Assembly (NCBI RefSeq): GCF_006345805.1
Contig: NC_043013.1
Coordinates: 39,184,001-39,248,000 of the forward strand
Length of the DNA stretch: 64,000 nt
Source of the DNA: Octopus sinensis
Lineage: Eukaryota
Reading direction: 5' to 3'
The stretch's first letter is position 1, and each line of letters opens with the position of its first letter. Position numbers and translations under genes: made by a program. Shown here one piece after another: positions 16,685 to 30,435 of the stretch. The notes below the pieces were generated by a model. That model was not told the origin of the DNA. It did no database searches and saw only the letters and a list, made by a program, of their open reading frames with translations.

Positions 16685-19262
16685 CCCCTCATGGAAGAAG
16701 TTGAAAACTTCTGGAAGGGGATCTGGAGTGATGAGAAACCATACAATGAAAATGCAGACTGGATCAAACGCACCCAGGATGACTACAAAAATCTACAAGA
16801 ACAAGTATGGGAAGACATCTCAATCGCCGACCTAAGGAGGGCACTAACGAAGGCTCATAAGTGGAAATCCCCTGGTATTGATAGAGTACCAAATTTCTGG
16901 CTCTCATCATTCTCGTCCGCACACAAAATGTTAGTAATACTATTTAATAGTATTATGAAAGACCCGGAAAAAACACCCCATTGGATGGCAAATGGTATTA
17001 CTTACCTCCTCCCCAAAAATAACAAAACGAAAGACCCAAAAAACTACCGGCCTATAACATGTTTATCTACTACCTATAAGATTTTGACATATATTCTAGT
17101 AGAGAAAACATATACGTTTATGGAAGAGAATAACCTCTTTCCCACTGAACAAAAAGGATGCAGACGAGGCTCATACGGATGCAAAGATCAGCTCCTAATT
17201 AATCGCATGATCCTTGAGAACTGCCATAACAAGCGCAGAAATCTCAGCTCTTCATGGATTGATTATAAAAAAGCCTTTGACAGCATACCACATTCGTGGA
17301 TTCTGAAATCGCTGGATATTTTCAAAATTTCTCCTGTGATTTCAGATTTTTTAAAGTATATGTCACTATGGAACACGAATCTCCAATTATATCATTCTAA
17401 TGGAGTATTGTGCTCAAACAACATTAGCATAAACTGTGGAATTTTCCAAGGTGACTCACTTACACCACTAATTTTCGGTATAGCACTAATACCACTCTCA
17501 AGTGAACTGAATAGAACAGGATATGGCTATAAAATTGACAACAGGAAAATAAGCCATCTATTTTATATGGATGATTTAAAACTATATGGCAAAGATGATG
17601 AAGAGCTCGAAGGATTATTACATACTGTGAAAGGATTCAGTGATGATATCGGGATGGAGTTTGGCCTTGAAAAGTGTGCCAAAGCCACTTTTAAGAAAGG
17701 GAAATTGGTAGAGTCTAGTTCAATCGAATTAGATGTCGAAACAGTAATAAAGGAACTTGAGCAGGAACAAACCTATAAATACCTAGGAATAAATGAAGGC
17801 TCTGGTATCCAGCATGCAAGCATAAAAGAGAAGGTTAGGAAGGGATGTTATAGAAGAGTTCGAGCAGTCTTGAAGTCTGAGCTGAATGCATATAATAAGG
17901 TGTTAGTCATAAATTCCTTAGCAGTCCCAGTTGTTCTTTATAGCTTCAATGTGCTTAACTGGAATACCAGTGAAATAATGAAAATTGACAGAAAAATCCG
18001 CAAGCTACTGGATGCACCATCCAAAGGCAGACGTGGATCGCCTTTACCTTCCCAGAGCTCAGGGAGGTCGACGTTTGATCCAGCTTCAACTTACATACAA
18101 AACCACCACAATCGGACTGGCCAAATACCTTGAAGCAACCAACGATTGGATGCTAAAACTTGTTGAAAAACATGAAAGACCGAAAAAACTTCACTCTATT
18201 TTCAAAGAGAGCAAAAAATTCGCTGCTGATCTCTTAGATACCCACCAGATTGATCATGCTGAAGGAAATGCGCCAACTGTTGCTGCAAAGAAAATAAAAT
18301 TAATTGCAAAGACAAAAGCACATGTAAAATTAGCTAGCAGATGGGAACAGAAACCTCTGCATTGCAAGTATGTGGCCCGTAGCAAACAAGCTGATGTCGA
18401 CCAGAAACACACGCACCAATGGTTACGAAGCTCAGGGCTAAAAGCAGAGAGTGAAGGTTTCATATTAGCTGCTCAAGACCAAAGCTTATTAACCCGAACT
18501 CCCAAAGCAATGTGATAAATAATGGAGCTGACCCAAAATGCTAATTCTGTAACGATGAGATTGAAAAAATAGACCACCTAATCTCAAGGTGTAGAGTCTT
18601 AGCACCTGCAGAATATAAAGCAAGACATGACAGAGTCGGCCAGTATTTACATTGGACAATATGTCGGCATTATAAAATCAAAACCGCTGACTAATGGTTT
18701 AAACACCATCCTGAAGCTGTGACTTTAGGGAGAAAATGTGTCGATTCTATGGGACTTCCCCGTGCAGACCGACAAAACTATAAAAGTTAATAAACCGGAT
18801 ATTATTCTAAAAGATCAAACAAAAAGGATGTGTTTATTAATTGACATGAGTATTCCTTGCGATCACAATAAAAATTTGACAAGATTAGTAAATATAAAGA
18901 CTTGCTAATAGAAATTGAAAAAATGTGGCATCTCAAGGCGTCTACAGTACCAGTGATTGTAAGATCTCTAGGAATGATAAAAAAGGTACTGAAACCTATT
19001 TGAAAATGATTCCAGGCTTACTATCCCCACAGGAAGTGCAAAAATCGTTTTAACTGGACGGCTCATGCACTGAGAAGAGCATTACTGCTGTGAAAACAAT
19101 ATCCATTCATGAATTTATTTATTTATTAATTTTTAAATACATATTTTACCTGTGAATTTGCGCGTGTAATCTGGGAATGCATAGAATGAGCTTCTCTGCC
19201 CTAGGTGTATGGAAAACACTCGGCGAGAAACGAAAGAAAATTTGAAGAAAGAAGGAAAAAAC

Positions 19263-19263
<1 letters not shown>
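16685..19263 (+). mobile_element. 5'-truncated R4/Dong-like non-LTR retrotransposon (RT, CCHC-like region, restriction-like endonuclease), degenerate
   Basis: ORF 16691-18133 with NYRPITCL, DYKKAFDSI, GIFQGDSL and FYMDDLK. Frameshift near 18010, then RHD and PD..D motifs. Starts and ends in (TAA)n. Confidence 0.92.
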
Positions 19264-19323
<60 letters not shown>

Positions 19324-19334
19324 TAATAATAATA

Positions 19335-20089
19335 ACATATCGTGTATGTCAACAACAAAATGAAACCATTGATCATGATTTCTCCATGTGCAGTCTTCTT
19401 GTGCCTACAGAGTACCTCAACAGGCATGATAGAGCTGCACAATATATTCAATGGGTAATTTGCAAAAGCCTGGACTTGCCCCACGATAAAAACTGGAGGG
19501 AACGCAAACCACCTCCAGTGATTGAAAATAATCACATCTCACTCCTCTGGAACTTCACCAATCAAACTGACAGAAAGATAGATGTGAATAGGCTAGACAT
19601 CATATTGAAAGACTTCAGACAAAAATCACGCTTCCTCATTGATATGACTGTCCCAATCGATATAAACGTATCTGTCAAGACCTACCAACAACTGAGCAAA
19701 TATAAAGATCTTGAAATAGAAATTAGCAAAATGTGGAAGCTGAAGACTAAAACAATACCTGTTGTCATAGGTGCCCTAGGAATGATAGCAAAAGGGGCTG
19801 ATTGCTACCTAGCTCAGATACCAGGAAACCCCCAAAATGGCAGAAATTCAAAAGATAGTGCTCATGGGAACTGCTCATATCCTACTCAAAATACTTTCTA
19901 TGCAATCTCAAGTTTTAAAACAAACATAATTTTCTTATGCTTTCTGAAACATCCTCTAGAACAATACTATGTACAAAACCAAATATATGGTACCCTAGGC
20001 ATAACACCAACATGAACTTCCAGCTTGTTGTCTCTTGAGGTCTCTGGGAGAGACTTGGAGCCAACTTGTACAAATGTAAAGCAAAAGTC

Positions 20090-20090
<1 letters not shown>
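19335..20090 (+). mobile_element. R4/Dong-like LINE 3' fragment, different subfamily
   Basis: RHDRAAQYIQW...IDMTVP...KYKDLEIEI, flanked by (TAA)n. The same 3' UTR occurs at 46550-46840. Confidence 0.85.
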
Positions 20091-20133
<43 letters not shown>

Positions 20134-20252
20134 TAATAATAATAATAATAATAATAATGATAATAATAATAATAATAATAATAATGATAATAATGATAAT
20201 AATAATAATAATGATGATGATGATGATGATGATTATGATGATGATGATGATG

Positions 20253-20846
<594 letters not shown>

Positions 20847-20870
20847 AAAGTGGAGGAAGAGGATATTTAC

Positions 20871-21128
20871 TGTTTTGATTTTGCATTCTCTGCTGATAGA
20901 AATCTTCGTTAGAGTTATACAGTCTTGCTTGTTGTGTGTTGTGGGCATAATGTGTGCATCGATAGCTCGATTCCTGGAATGTAAAGCATCTGCATTTGTC
21001 TTCCTTGTAACAATCCTCTTCACATACTTCAAGAGAAATGTTATGCATCACGCGCAGATGCTGTCCCGAAATTGTAGCGTTATTGACTTTGATAAAGTTC
21101 AAAAATAATCTATCTTCATTCGCTGTAT
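20871..21128 (-). CDS. Multi-PAN gene, exon 9: PAN type A, module 3
   Basis: 258 bp, CAG acceptor and GTAAAT donor. DTANEDRLFLNFIKV...SLEVCEEDCYKEDKCRCFTFQESSYRCTHY...FYQQR. Confidence 0.9.
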
Positions 21129-21284
21129 CTGTTGAATAAGAAGTAAAAAATAAAAAAACACAATAGAAGCAATCTTAAAACATAAGAAGAAATTCTGTTA
21201 AAATATATATATATAGGCGTAGGCGCGGTTGTGTGTTGAAACGCTTGCTTTCCAACCAAATGGTTCCGGATTCAGCCGGCACTG

Positions 21285-22390
21285 TCCCATTATTTTTTCT
21301 TCTTTTTTGTCTTTGAGGAGGGAAGGGTTGGCTCCTTCGCCTTAAGCGGAGGAACTTCGCTCCCTCCTGCAACCTTAGGATCCATCGGAGAGCAACCATT
21401 GTTGCTCCCCTTCTTCTTTTTCTTTCCATTTTTACGGGGGAGGTCTCTGCCTCCTCCCCAGCCTCCACCTCTCCTTCCGGGGGGAAGGGGAGGGGGCTCT
21501 TCCACAATTAACTGCTCCGGGACCCTACTCTGGTCCTGGGGGCAGTTCCTATTGATGTGGCCAGGCTCCAGACACCGATGACACCTGGGGGACGTCCCTC
21601 AAGAATCACCGGGTACCTGCACCCGGCCATTTTCAAAAAATCTGGCATAACCAGATTCTTGGCTGATTGGGTCCACAGGGTCAAAACAGCTTTTGACTCA
21701 ACCCCATCAGCCGCAGGCAACATTTTCACATTTAGGAGCTTGGAAATGCTGCCACCCAGCCCCAGGCGGATAGTATCCTCTATCCACTAAGGCTCAATTC
21801 CGGGTGGTAAACCACAGACTAAAGCCCTCGTCAACTTCTTCCCACAATAAGTGGGAAGAAATAAAATTTCTCTTCCCTCCAAAGGCTGGCTCGCGAATTT
21901 GCGAACCTCTTCAGGGGTATCAAATAGCAACCACACTGCTGCATATTTGGCCCCTCGAGAAATATATTTAATATTTGGCATATATTTTTCCACCTCTTTC
22001 TCTATCAAATTTTTTTTCGAAGACGGCGATGATGTCGAGGGACTTGGAGTAAGTCTTCAACACCACTGTCTTCTTTTCAAATTCTTCCAACCATTTTTTC
22101 ATTGTTCTTTGCCATGTTTAATTAAAGGAAAAGTCCAAAGACAGTTCATAAAATTCAAATAATTAGAGAGAAAAAGAAAGAGAAAGAAAGTTCCAACAAA
22201 AAGGAAGCAGAAAAGAACAATCAAACAGTTCAATAAAGGGCAAACAGTTCAAATAGAAAAGGGCAACAGTTCAACACACAGCAAAAAACTCCTTAGGCCA
22301 CATGGTACTCCCGGCCTTCATTTGAAACTGGAACACAGCTTCTCACAGTTGTTGAAAAATTACTCCAAAAATATTTCACAAAGTTATTCT
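21285..22390 (-). mobile_element. ORF1-only (gag-like zinc knuckle) non-LTR element, HAL1-like, degenerate
   Basis: Broken ORF from ~22115 to 21290. One frameshift restores VILEGRPPRCHRCLEPGHINRNCP (CX2CX4HX4C), followed by a Pro/Lys-rich tail. No ORF2 follows. Abuts a SINE-B head at 21213-21284. Confidence 0.65.
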
Positions 22391-22787
22391 TCAACAGGAA
22401 CAATTTAATTTAGAATAACGCGACTCTCAAAGTATGTTTGGAGGCAGGATACGCCCTCAAACAACGATTCTCACAATTCAGCTTGAAGAGGCTGAATGAA
22501 AGGGAGATAATAATGGGGATCCGGCCAAACGAATAGAGAAATTTGTATAGCGAAATCCGTTGAAATGACATTCCAGAAGAGACAAATATGCGAAGTAGCT
22601 GCAATGATGTGAATGAGTGCGCAAGCGCATAAAATTCGAAAGAATAATTGTACAATGTCCCTGTTAGGACTATACTAAAAACAGCAAGCCCAACAGAACA
22701 GATAATAGGATCAGAGACAGCAGGACAGAAAATACGAACACTAGTTGAGTTCAATTGTTCATCAAATGTTGATATATCGATAGCGGA

Positions 22788-23002
22788 AGGCGGCGAGGTG
22801 GCAGAAACGTTAGCACGCTGGGCGAAATGCTTAGCGGTATTTCGTCTGCCGCTACGTTCTGAGTTCAAATTCCGCCGAGGTCGACTTTGCCTTTCATCCT
22901 TTCCGGGTCGATAAATCAAGTACCAGTTGCGTACTGGGGTCGATCTTATCGACTGGTCCCCTCCCCCAAATTTCGGGCCATGTGCCTAGAGTAGAAAAGA
23001 AA
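22788..23002 (+). mobile_element. SINE family A, full length
   Basis: Typical head and body. TSD ATATATCGATAG(C/A)GG on both sides. Confidence 0.9.
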
Positions 23003-23573
23003 AGTATATATCGATAGAGGTTAGAGAAAAGTAAAAATAACTGTGCTTAACTGATGGGTAAAACTACAAATAACCACATCCACATTTAAGTTTCTACCAC
23101 TAACTTCTAGAATCCTTGTGTACGTGACTAACTGCCTCAATACAAATCTATTTTGCTTTGTGAAGCCGGGCTTCACGAAACAAAATAGAACATAGTGCAA
23201 CATATTGCAACTAAACTCTATCTGAGGCAATGTGGAAGAATGTAAAACATTCATAAAGATCAGCAGGTAAATCTGTCCACATATGCAATGTTATACATTG
23301 CTGCACCCACATGAACGTCAGTATACATATGTATTGCATGCGTATATGCATATATAAGCGCATGGATAAATACATACATGCATACGTGCATAGAGATATA
23401 TACATATCTACATACAGACGCATAAAACACACACATATGTATGAGCATATACAGTTATGTACGTATATGTGTGTGTGTATACAGTCACACAGTCACTCAC
23501 ACACACATACACACACACTCTCACACACACATACGTGTATATGTATATATACATTCATATATATAAGTTTATG

Positions 23574-23885
23574 TGGAGGTGCAATGGCCCAGTGGTTAGG
23601 GCAGCTAACTCGAAGTAGTAGGATCGCGGTTTCGATCCCAGACCAGGCATTGTGAGTGTTTATTGAGCGAAAACACTAAAGCTCCACAAGGCTCCGGCAG
23701 GGGGTGGAGTGGCGGTCCCTACTGTACTCTTTCACCACAACTTTCTCTCACTCTTTCTTCTGTTGGCCTGCTCGCTTAGCCGGCGGGGTGGCGTCATTTG
23801 AAGGCTAAAACAATGCGAAGCGCATTGTGACCAGCGATGTGTAGCAACATCTGATAGCCTGGTCGGTCACGGTGATCACGGTGAT
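23574..23885 (+). mobile_element. tRNA-derived SINE family C (OR-like)
   Basis: A-box TGGCCCAGTGG, B-box-like GGTTTCGATCCC, tail of CACGGTGAT repeats. Confidence 0.8.
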
Positions 23886-24194
23886 ATATAAGTTTATATG
23901 CTGCATATCTCGTAATGGAAGATGATCCAATACGAAGAATTTGAGATCCTAGAAGAGGTGGAGTTATTTGCTCTTGTTTTTGTTTTTGCTGTTGTTGTTG
24001 TTGTTGTTGTTGTTAATCATCCGCTCGTAAGCGAAGCAGTGTCATTGTAGTCACTCGTTTATGCCTGCTTTTCTGTGTTTGCAAAATTACTGGAAAATGG
24101 GCGAATGGATTTTCACCAAATTTAGCAGAAACACCCATTGAGTGAGTGGCTCGGCGGTCAATAAACTTTGGTTTCTCTTCAAAACTGGCGGATG

Positions 24195-24377
24195 GATCGC
24201 GATTTTCTTTCTCCGTCTTCCCTTCCTTGGATCCTTCCTTTTCCTATGTTTCTGACGAAGAGCTCCGCTCGAAACGTTAAGTCTTCCTTCTTTCTTTCCT
24301 TTCCTGAGCGTCCAATAACACTATACTTGTTCCCACGTCCTCGTGCTGTTGTGTTTTCTCTTTCTTCATGTCTGGAT

Positions 24378-24382
<5 letters not shown>
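24195..24382 (+). mobile_element. Penelope-type pLTR / retrozyme-like repeat next to (TA)n
   Basis: Reverse-complement homolog at 37159-37368 and a partial one at 52080-52170. Contains a hammerhead core. Confidence 0.65.
24246..24283 (+). ncRNA. Minimal type I hammerhead ribozyme motif
   Basis: CTGACGA-A-GAGC-TCC-GCTC-GAAA-CGT-TA: conserved boxes, stem II and a palindromic minimal stem III. Confidence 0.65.
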
Positions 24383-24421
<39 letters not shown>

Positions 24422-24768
24422 GACATATTTATTGTTACATTTGCATAAACGATAAGGAGGGGAAATAACTCCTGATGTAATTTTGTTGCAATATGAACTC
24501 GTCTGAGAATATACAATATTTATTGAATTAGATTTGATTTTATCCTTGTGTGCACGCAGGGTATGCATCGCCCCATTCGATACCATTTTCTTTTTATCGT
24601 TGTTGTTGGGTCTTGGCGGTGTTGGTGGTGGTTATGATATGAATCGTGCTTCGGTTTCAACAGATTACAGTGAAACGGCGAACCACCAGTTGGATATCTG
24701 AAACACGTATCCGATATTGCACCGATTGCAATGTAAAATAAATAAATAAATATGCAACTATAAATCTA

Positions 24769-25334
24769 TTGGGTTGTCCGGAAAGTTCGTGCCGATTTTT
24801 AAAGGAAAGAAAAAGGTCAATAAATACTTGCCATTACATTTTTAATCAACCAAATATGAATCATTTTGTTGCACAATGTGTCTCCATCTTTCCTTTAACT
24901 AGAAAATACCCTCTTCCCAGAATTGAGGTGGTTTCATGGCAAACAATTCATCAAGGTATCTTTTTACGTCATCCAAAGAATTGAAATTTTTACCATTAAG
25001 ACTATTCTGCAGAGACCTGAATAAGTGGAAATCCGAAGGAGCAATATCTGGCGAATATGCAGGGCAGGGTAACACATCCCAGCCGAGCTGCAGCAATTTT
25101 TGTCTGGTTCCCAAATCATCAAGTGCCGAAAATGAACTTTCTTACCTTCCATTTTAAAGGGTTACAGAATTAACACAGGTTATAGGAACATAAACCTTCT
25201 TCCACGAAAAGATAGCTTAAACTGTGTTCTAAATGGAGGTGTAGTCAAATCCTATTTTATAGACTCAACCATGTTTTAAAATAAGTCGAAAGGTAAGCTA
25301 CTAAAGATCGGCACGAACTTTCCGGACAACCCAA
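24769..25334 (-). mobile_element. Internally deleted mariner (DD34D) element
   Basis: Perfect ~28-bp TIRs TTGGGTTGTCCGGAAAGTTCGTGCCGAT, TA TSDs, and the YSPDIAPSDFHLF motif in ORF 24899-25114. Confidence 0.92.
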
Positions 25335-25336
25335 TA

Positions 25337-25720
25337 TCTCTCTCTATATAAACGGCAGTTTGTCTGTGCGTGTTTCTGTGTGTCTGTTTGCTTGTACCCT
25401 CACCCTGACCACGGCTTTCAACCGATTCTGATGAAACTTGACACACACATAGCCCAATGTCATAATTCAAAACTAACGCAGCGAAAATTTTGAAAAGTTC
25501 CCCCAGTTCTGAAAAAATCGATAAATTCGACATGGGGTCGAGAATCAGAAACACGAACCACAAACTGTCTAGGGGACGCAACTCCACCTTTTTTAAATCT
25601 CAAAAAAAAATTTACCATCATTTTTTTCCATTTTTTTGCTATTTTTTGGCTATCACTCTCTAAAAATGCTTTATAGTTATTTCCCTTACAAACCTGAGCA
25701 ACGCCGGGCGATACTGCTAG
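25337..25720 (+). mobile_element. Non-autonomous Helitron
   Basis: TC...hairpin-CTAG termini, near-identical to 4042-4416. Confidence 0.8.
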
Positions 25721-25783
25721 TTACAAATATATTGAAAAAAAAGAACAGTCTGCAGATGTATATGACGAAGAAACAATATTTAC

Positions 25784-25870
25784 CGTTGTTGTACAAAGGG
25801 AAATTACCAGGATGACAGTTTACAACTCCCAGATGCCCATCTTTGATTTCATATGTTTTGAACGGAAGAT
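25784..25870 (-). CDS. Multi-PAN gene, exon 8: linker C, module 2
   Basis: 87 bp, TTGTAG acceptor and GTAAAT donor, phase 1-1. LPFKTYEIKDGHLGVVNCHPGNFPLYNN. Confidence 0.85.
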
Positions 25871-26637
25871 CTACAACAAATCAGTAAAACATACATATTT
25901 ATTTATACAGTTAGACACACACACGCACACATTCTTTTATTTTTTTATTTGTTTCAGTTACTTGACTGCGGCCATGCTGGAGCACCGCCTTTAGTCGAAC
26001 AGAACGACCCCAGGACTTATTGCTTGTAAGCTTAGTAGTTATTTATCGTTCGCTTTTGCCGAACCGCTTAGTTACGAGGACGTAAACACACCAACATCGG
26101 TGGTGGTGGTGGTGGTGGTGATGGTGGGGGCAAACAGACACACAACTACATACAAACGCCAAAATGTAAAAAATAAGCAAGGCAACTGAAAATTTACAAA
26201 ATAAAACGATTACCTACATATCATGATTTCATTATTAATACTTGCAAAATTCCTACCCTCATTATTTTAATTTATATATATATATATATTCATAGACTCG
26301 ATACTTCATATTTTGATAGATTTCTCAAACGACTGTTACCTTCGTTCTACCCATTATATCTATTTCTATCCTATACTTCAGGTGTAAGGAAATGTAATGT
26401 TGCTTTTTGTGTACTGAAATTATTATGATCCATATCGTAAATATATATATTTATTCATTCATGACTGCATCGCCATTTTTAGCTATTAAATTTACCCAGC
26501 TCGGAATCGGGCTTATAGTTCTTCGGGTAACGTATAATCAGAATTCTGTTGAGAAAAATATTTGGAGCGCTGCTTCAATTTCGTGACTTCTTCTGAATGT
26601 TTTTCCGCTGGGAAAGTGCTCAAATAACCTGAATACT

Positions 26638-27033
26638 CTTTTACTTTTTTACTTGTTTCAGTCATTTGACTATAGCCATGCCTGAGCACCGCCTTTAGTC
26701 GAGCAAATCGACCCCAGGACTTACTCTTTGTAAGCCTAGTACTTATTTTATCCGTCTCTTTTGCCGAACTGCTAAGTTACGGGGACGTAAACACACCAGC
26801 ATCGGTTGTCAAGCGATGTGGTAGGGGGACAAACACAGACACACAAACATATACACACACATACATATATATATACGACGGGATTCTTTCAGTTTCCGTC
26901 TACCAAATCCACTCACAAGGCTTTGGTCGGCCCGAGGCTATAGTAGAAGACAGTTGCCCAAGGTGCCACGCAGTGGGACTGAACCTGGAACTATGTGGCT
27001 CGTAAGCAAGCTACTTGCCACACTGCCACTCCT
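26638..27033 (-). mobile_element. Family B CORE-like SINE
   Basis: Full copy interrupting sequence that is contiguous in the paralogous introns (8585-8605, 37885-37910). Candidate TSD ATACT. Confidence 0.9.
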
Positions 27034-27887
27034 ATACTTGAAACTCTAAGTGAGAATGAAAGAATCTAGTGAGTAGGGATGCTGAAGTAGAATTTTTTTT
27101 CATGGATTATCTTGTTGAATGCACTGCTTTTTTTCTCGGCAAAATCTCATGAGGTCCCCACCTGCCTTCTTTATACATTTCTCAATCTGCTTGAAATGAT
27201 ATTGCTCAGTGGACCAAGGTTTATCAATCTTTCAGGATAAGTCCACTGTAGGTTGACTTTTATTCTCAGTTAGTCCTTTTGATCGATAACTATACAATTT
27301 ATCGAAATCACCGTTATTTTAAGTTGTCAAACTAAGTTTAGCATTTCGGAACATACACCATCAGATTAGAATACGCTTTATCTTACATATGTTGCCCTTA
27401 CACGTTTTTAAAGTATGCAATGCCAAAATGCTGCTCATAAATACCTTTGTTTTTCTCGACCTATCATATAACGCATATATACAAACACAGCGCGTAACAT
27501 CACAAACGTTTGGTCATTAACTCTATGCTGACTGGTTGATGACAAGATGATCTTTCATTGGTTTGTAAACTAGTTGCGGCATGATGCCAGATTATTGCTT
27601 GAAAATACATTACTTTTTAATTTATTTTATTGTGATTGAAACTTAATTTTGTCTCACTTTTAATGCTTTCGCTTTTTCGAAACGGCCATTCGCTTTTTGT
27701 TTTTTGTTGTTTTTTTTTCTGTCCAACAGACACGTTGTTTGAAAATCATTTTCTTCGAGCAAATACTAGAAATGCATAACTTACACACGCTGATGCATAC
27801 TCGAATGACATAACTTACCACCCAGCCATATTTGCGGAAGCCGAAATAGCACCCACAGTTGAACAGCAAAAATAAATATCCACTTAC

Positions 27888-28118
27888 ACTTTACGAATTC
27901 AACGTATTTCCAGTCAGATACGCTAATGAGAACACTGGCATTAAAACTTGTATAATTAGTCGTGAGGCATGCCTGTGATCTTATGTTGTAGTTGACAGTG
28001 TTGCACCAGGAATCATTATAACAAATAGACAGACAATCTATGAACGACAAAACTCGTTCAGAGAACATCTTAGGTTTCGGAAGACTCACGCCATGGATGA
28101 CACTCACAGGACAACACT
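27888..28118 (-). CDS. Multi-PAN gene, exon 7: PAN type B, module 2
   Basis: 231 bp, CTACAG acceptor and GTAAGT donor. CCPVSVIHG...SFIDCLSICYNDSWCNTVNYNIRSQACLTTNYT...WKYVEFVK. Confidence 0.9.
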
Positions 28119-28474
28119 CTGTAGAAATGTAATAAAATATAATTGTTAATAAATAAGTGAAAATATATGGTTCAGTAAGACATTACAACAAAGCCGACAA
28201 ATAGCAAATATTTATTAGAAACCCAATCATATCTTCAGTAAGGCAATCGAACCAACACTACCCGTGCATATAGTATCAGAACTATTCTGGACAACCTCTT
28301 CCCCATGTGTTATACGACAAAAGGGTGAGGAGTATGTGCAGTTTCGTTTGGACATGAATCATTTGAAAACATTCGATAGAATAAACCAACTTTAGTTTTT
28401 CGACTAAATGAGCTATTACTTACTATACAAAGGTTTTTCCTCTCGCTAAATTTTGTCATATTGGCAACCATTAC

Positions 28475-28726
28475 TCTCTCTACTCTTTTATTCTTTTACT
28501 TGTTTCGGTCATGTGACTGTGGCCATGCTGGAGCAGTGCCTTTAGTCGAGCAAATCGACTCCAAGACTTATTCTTTGTAAGCCTAGTACTTATTCTATCG
28601 GTTTCTTTTTTGCCGAACCGCTAAGTTACGGGGACGTAAACACACCAGCATCGGTTGCCAAGAGATGTTGGGGTGGGGGACAAACACAGACACAAAGACA
28701 TATACACACATACATATATACATATG

Positions 28727-28758
<32 letters not shown>

Positions 28759-28923
28759 CGACGGGCTTCTTTCAGTTTCCGTCTACCAAATCCACTCACA
28801 AGGCTCTGGTTGGCACGAGGCCATAGTAGAAGACACACGCCCAAGGTACCACGCAGTGGGACTGAACCCGGAACTATGTAGTTCATAAGCAAGCTACGTA
28901 TCACAGAGCCACTCCTACGCCTA
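28475..28923 (-). mobile_element. Family B CORE-like SINE
   Basis: Full-length match to 11415-11824. Confidence 0.9.
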
Positions 28924-29567
28924 CAAAAAATTCGAGTTACTCCGTGATTGTTATGATAAACTTAAACTGGTGGAATTCTGCGTATTTTGCGACAAAAGAG
29001 CATAGATGATCGCTTATAAGGATGACATGATAACGATGATGATCAAAGTTTTGAAAATTTGGAGTATTGTATACCAAATTAACCACAGACAAAAGTCATT
29101 ATTGGAGAACAGATGAACCTGAAGAATTTACAGATAGTACTGTTATTGAGGTAGCGATATGTAAAAAAATCCGATACGCACGCGCTACACCCCTGTACTC
29201 TAGCCGTACCATCCAGGAACTGATGTGGTATACCGGTGCGAAAGCTTTCGCGTATGCGCAGGAAGGGTGACGTCATCTCTTGCACATAGAATTTTCCCCA
29301 CGCGACATTAATCTTGGCGGGAAAAAAAATGAAGTTGGATTCAATGGGGAATGCGTCTCATATATAGACTTGCGCGTGAATAGACATACGCTTTTATCGT
29401 CCAGAACCGCCCCCAGTTATTTGCCAACGTCGTTGTCATCATCATCATAATAATAATAATAATAATCATCAGTAGTAAGTAGTAGTAGTAGTAGCAGCAG
29501 TAGTAGTAGTAATAGTAGTAGTAGTAGTAGCAGCAGTAGCAGCAGCAGTAGCAGCAGTAGCAGCAGT

Positions 29568-29621
<54 letters not shown>

Positions 29622-29671
29622 TGTTGTAGTAGTAGTAGTAGTAGGAAGAGGAAGAGGAGGACTATATTCAC

Positions 29672-29932
29672 TTTTGTTTGGTTGTACTCTCCGTTGATAG
29701 AAGACATGGTTTGAGCGAGTGCGCAATATTTCTTCACGTGTGTTGCATCTGTAAAGACCACATTCAGATTTCCATATCATGTGTACAAAGGATCTACAAT
29801 CCTTTGATTTATAACATTTCTCTGCACATTGTTCAACGGAATCGCTGAACATGTTGCTCATACGCCCTTTGGTAATTTTAGCTTCATGGACTGCCATAAA
29901 TTCATGCCGGAAACTTCTGTTAGTCATTGTAT
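29672..29932 (-). CDS. Multi-PAN gene, exon 6: PAN type A, module 2
   Basis: 261 bp, CAG acceptor and GTGAAT donor. DTMTNRSFRHEF...SVEQCAEKCYKSKDCRSFVHMIWKSECGLYRC...FYQRR. Confidence 0.9.
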
Positions 29933-30042
29933 CTGTTAAATAAGAAATATAAAAAAAAATAAAATATAGTAATTTTAAAACCTAAGTAGAAATTTAGTTA
30001 AAATACAAAATGAAAATAAAATAATAATTTACCTCATTTTAA

Positions 30043-30435
30043 TCTCTCTATATTTAAAGCTGAAGTTGTCTGCGCATGGCAGGTTTGGTAGCCTTCAACT
30101 AACACTATCTCCTCCGAGACCCTGCGGCGCAAGTTGACCAAAATTGAGAGTATGATAGAAGAAGGCTTGCTCTTCCTTCCGTAGAAGAAAAAAGTCAAAT
30201 CAGACCATGTTAACACCAAATATTATTTATATCAAAAAGGTGCTATTTTCTTTATAAAAATCCCTATTTTTTACGATTTTTTGACTACTGTGTCGCCATT
30301 TTTCGGTGTATTTCAACCAGAAAAATGTTCACTTAAAGATAATAACAAGCTACATAATGCAAAACTTTTACTTTTCAAAAATTCCAATGCTGAAAGGTCG
30401 AAACAAACCCGAGCAAAACCGGGCGATACTGCTAG
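30043..30435 (+). mobile_element. Non-autonomous Helitron (second subfamily)
   Basis: TC...CCCGAGCAAAACCGGG...CTAG. Reverse complement of 4579-4978. Confidence 0.8.

Noticed and set aside
27875-27890. Read-through EFVKCKW / EFTKCKW giving a sixth PAN cysteine
   Set aside because: The TGT overlaps the GTAAGT donor, and the third copy has AGT at this position. The splice is the conserved feature.
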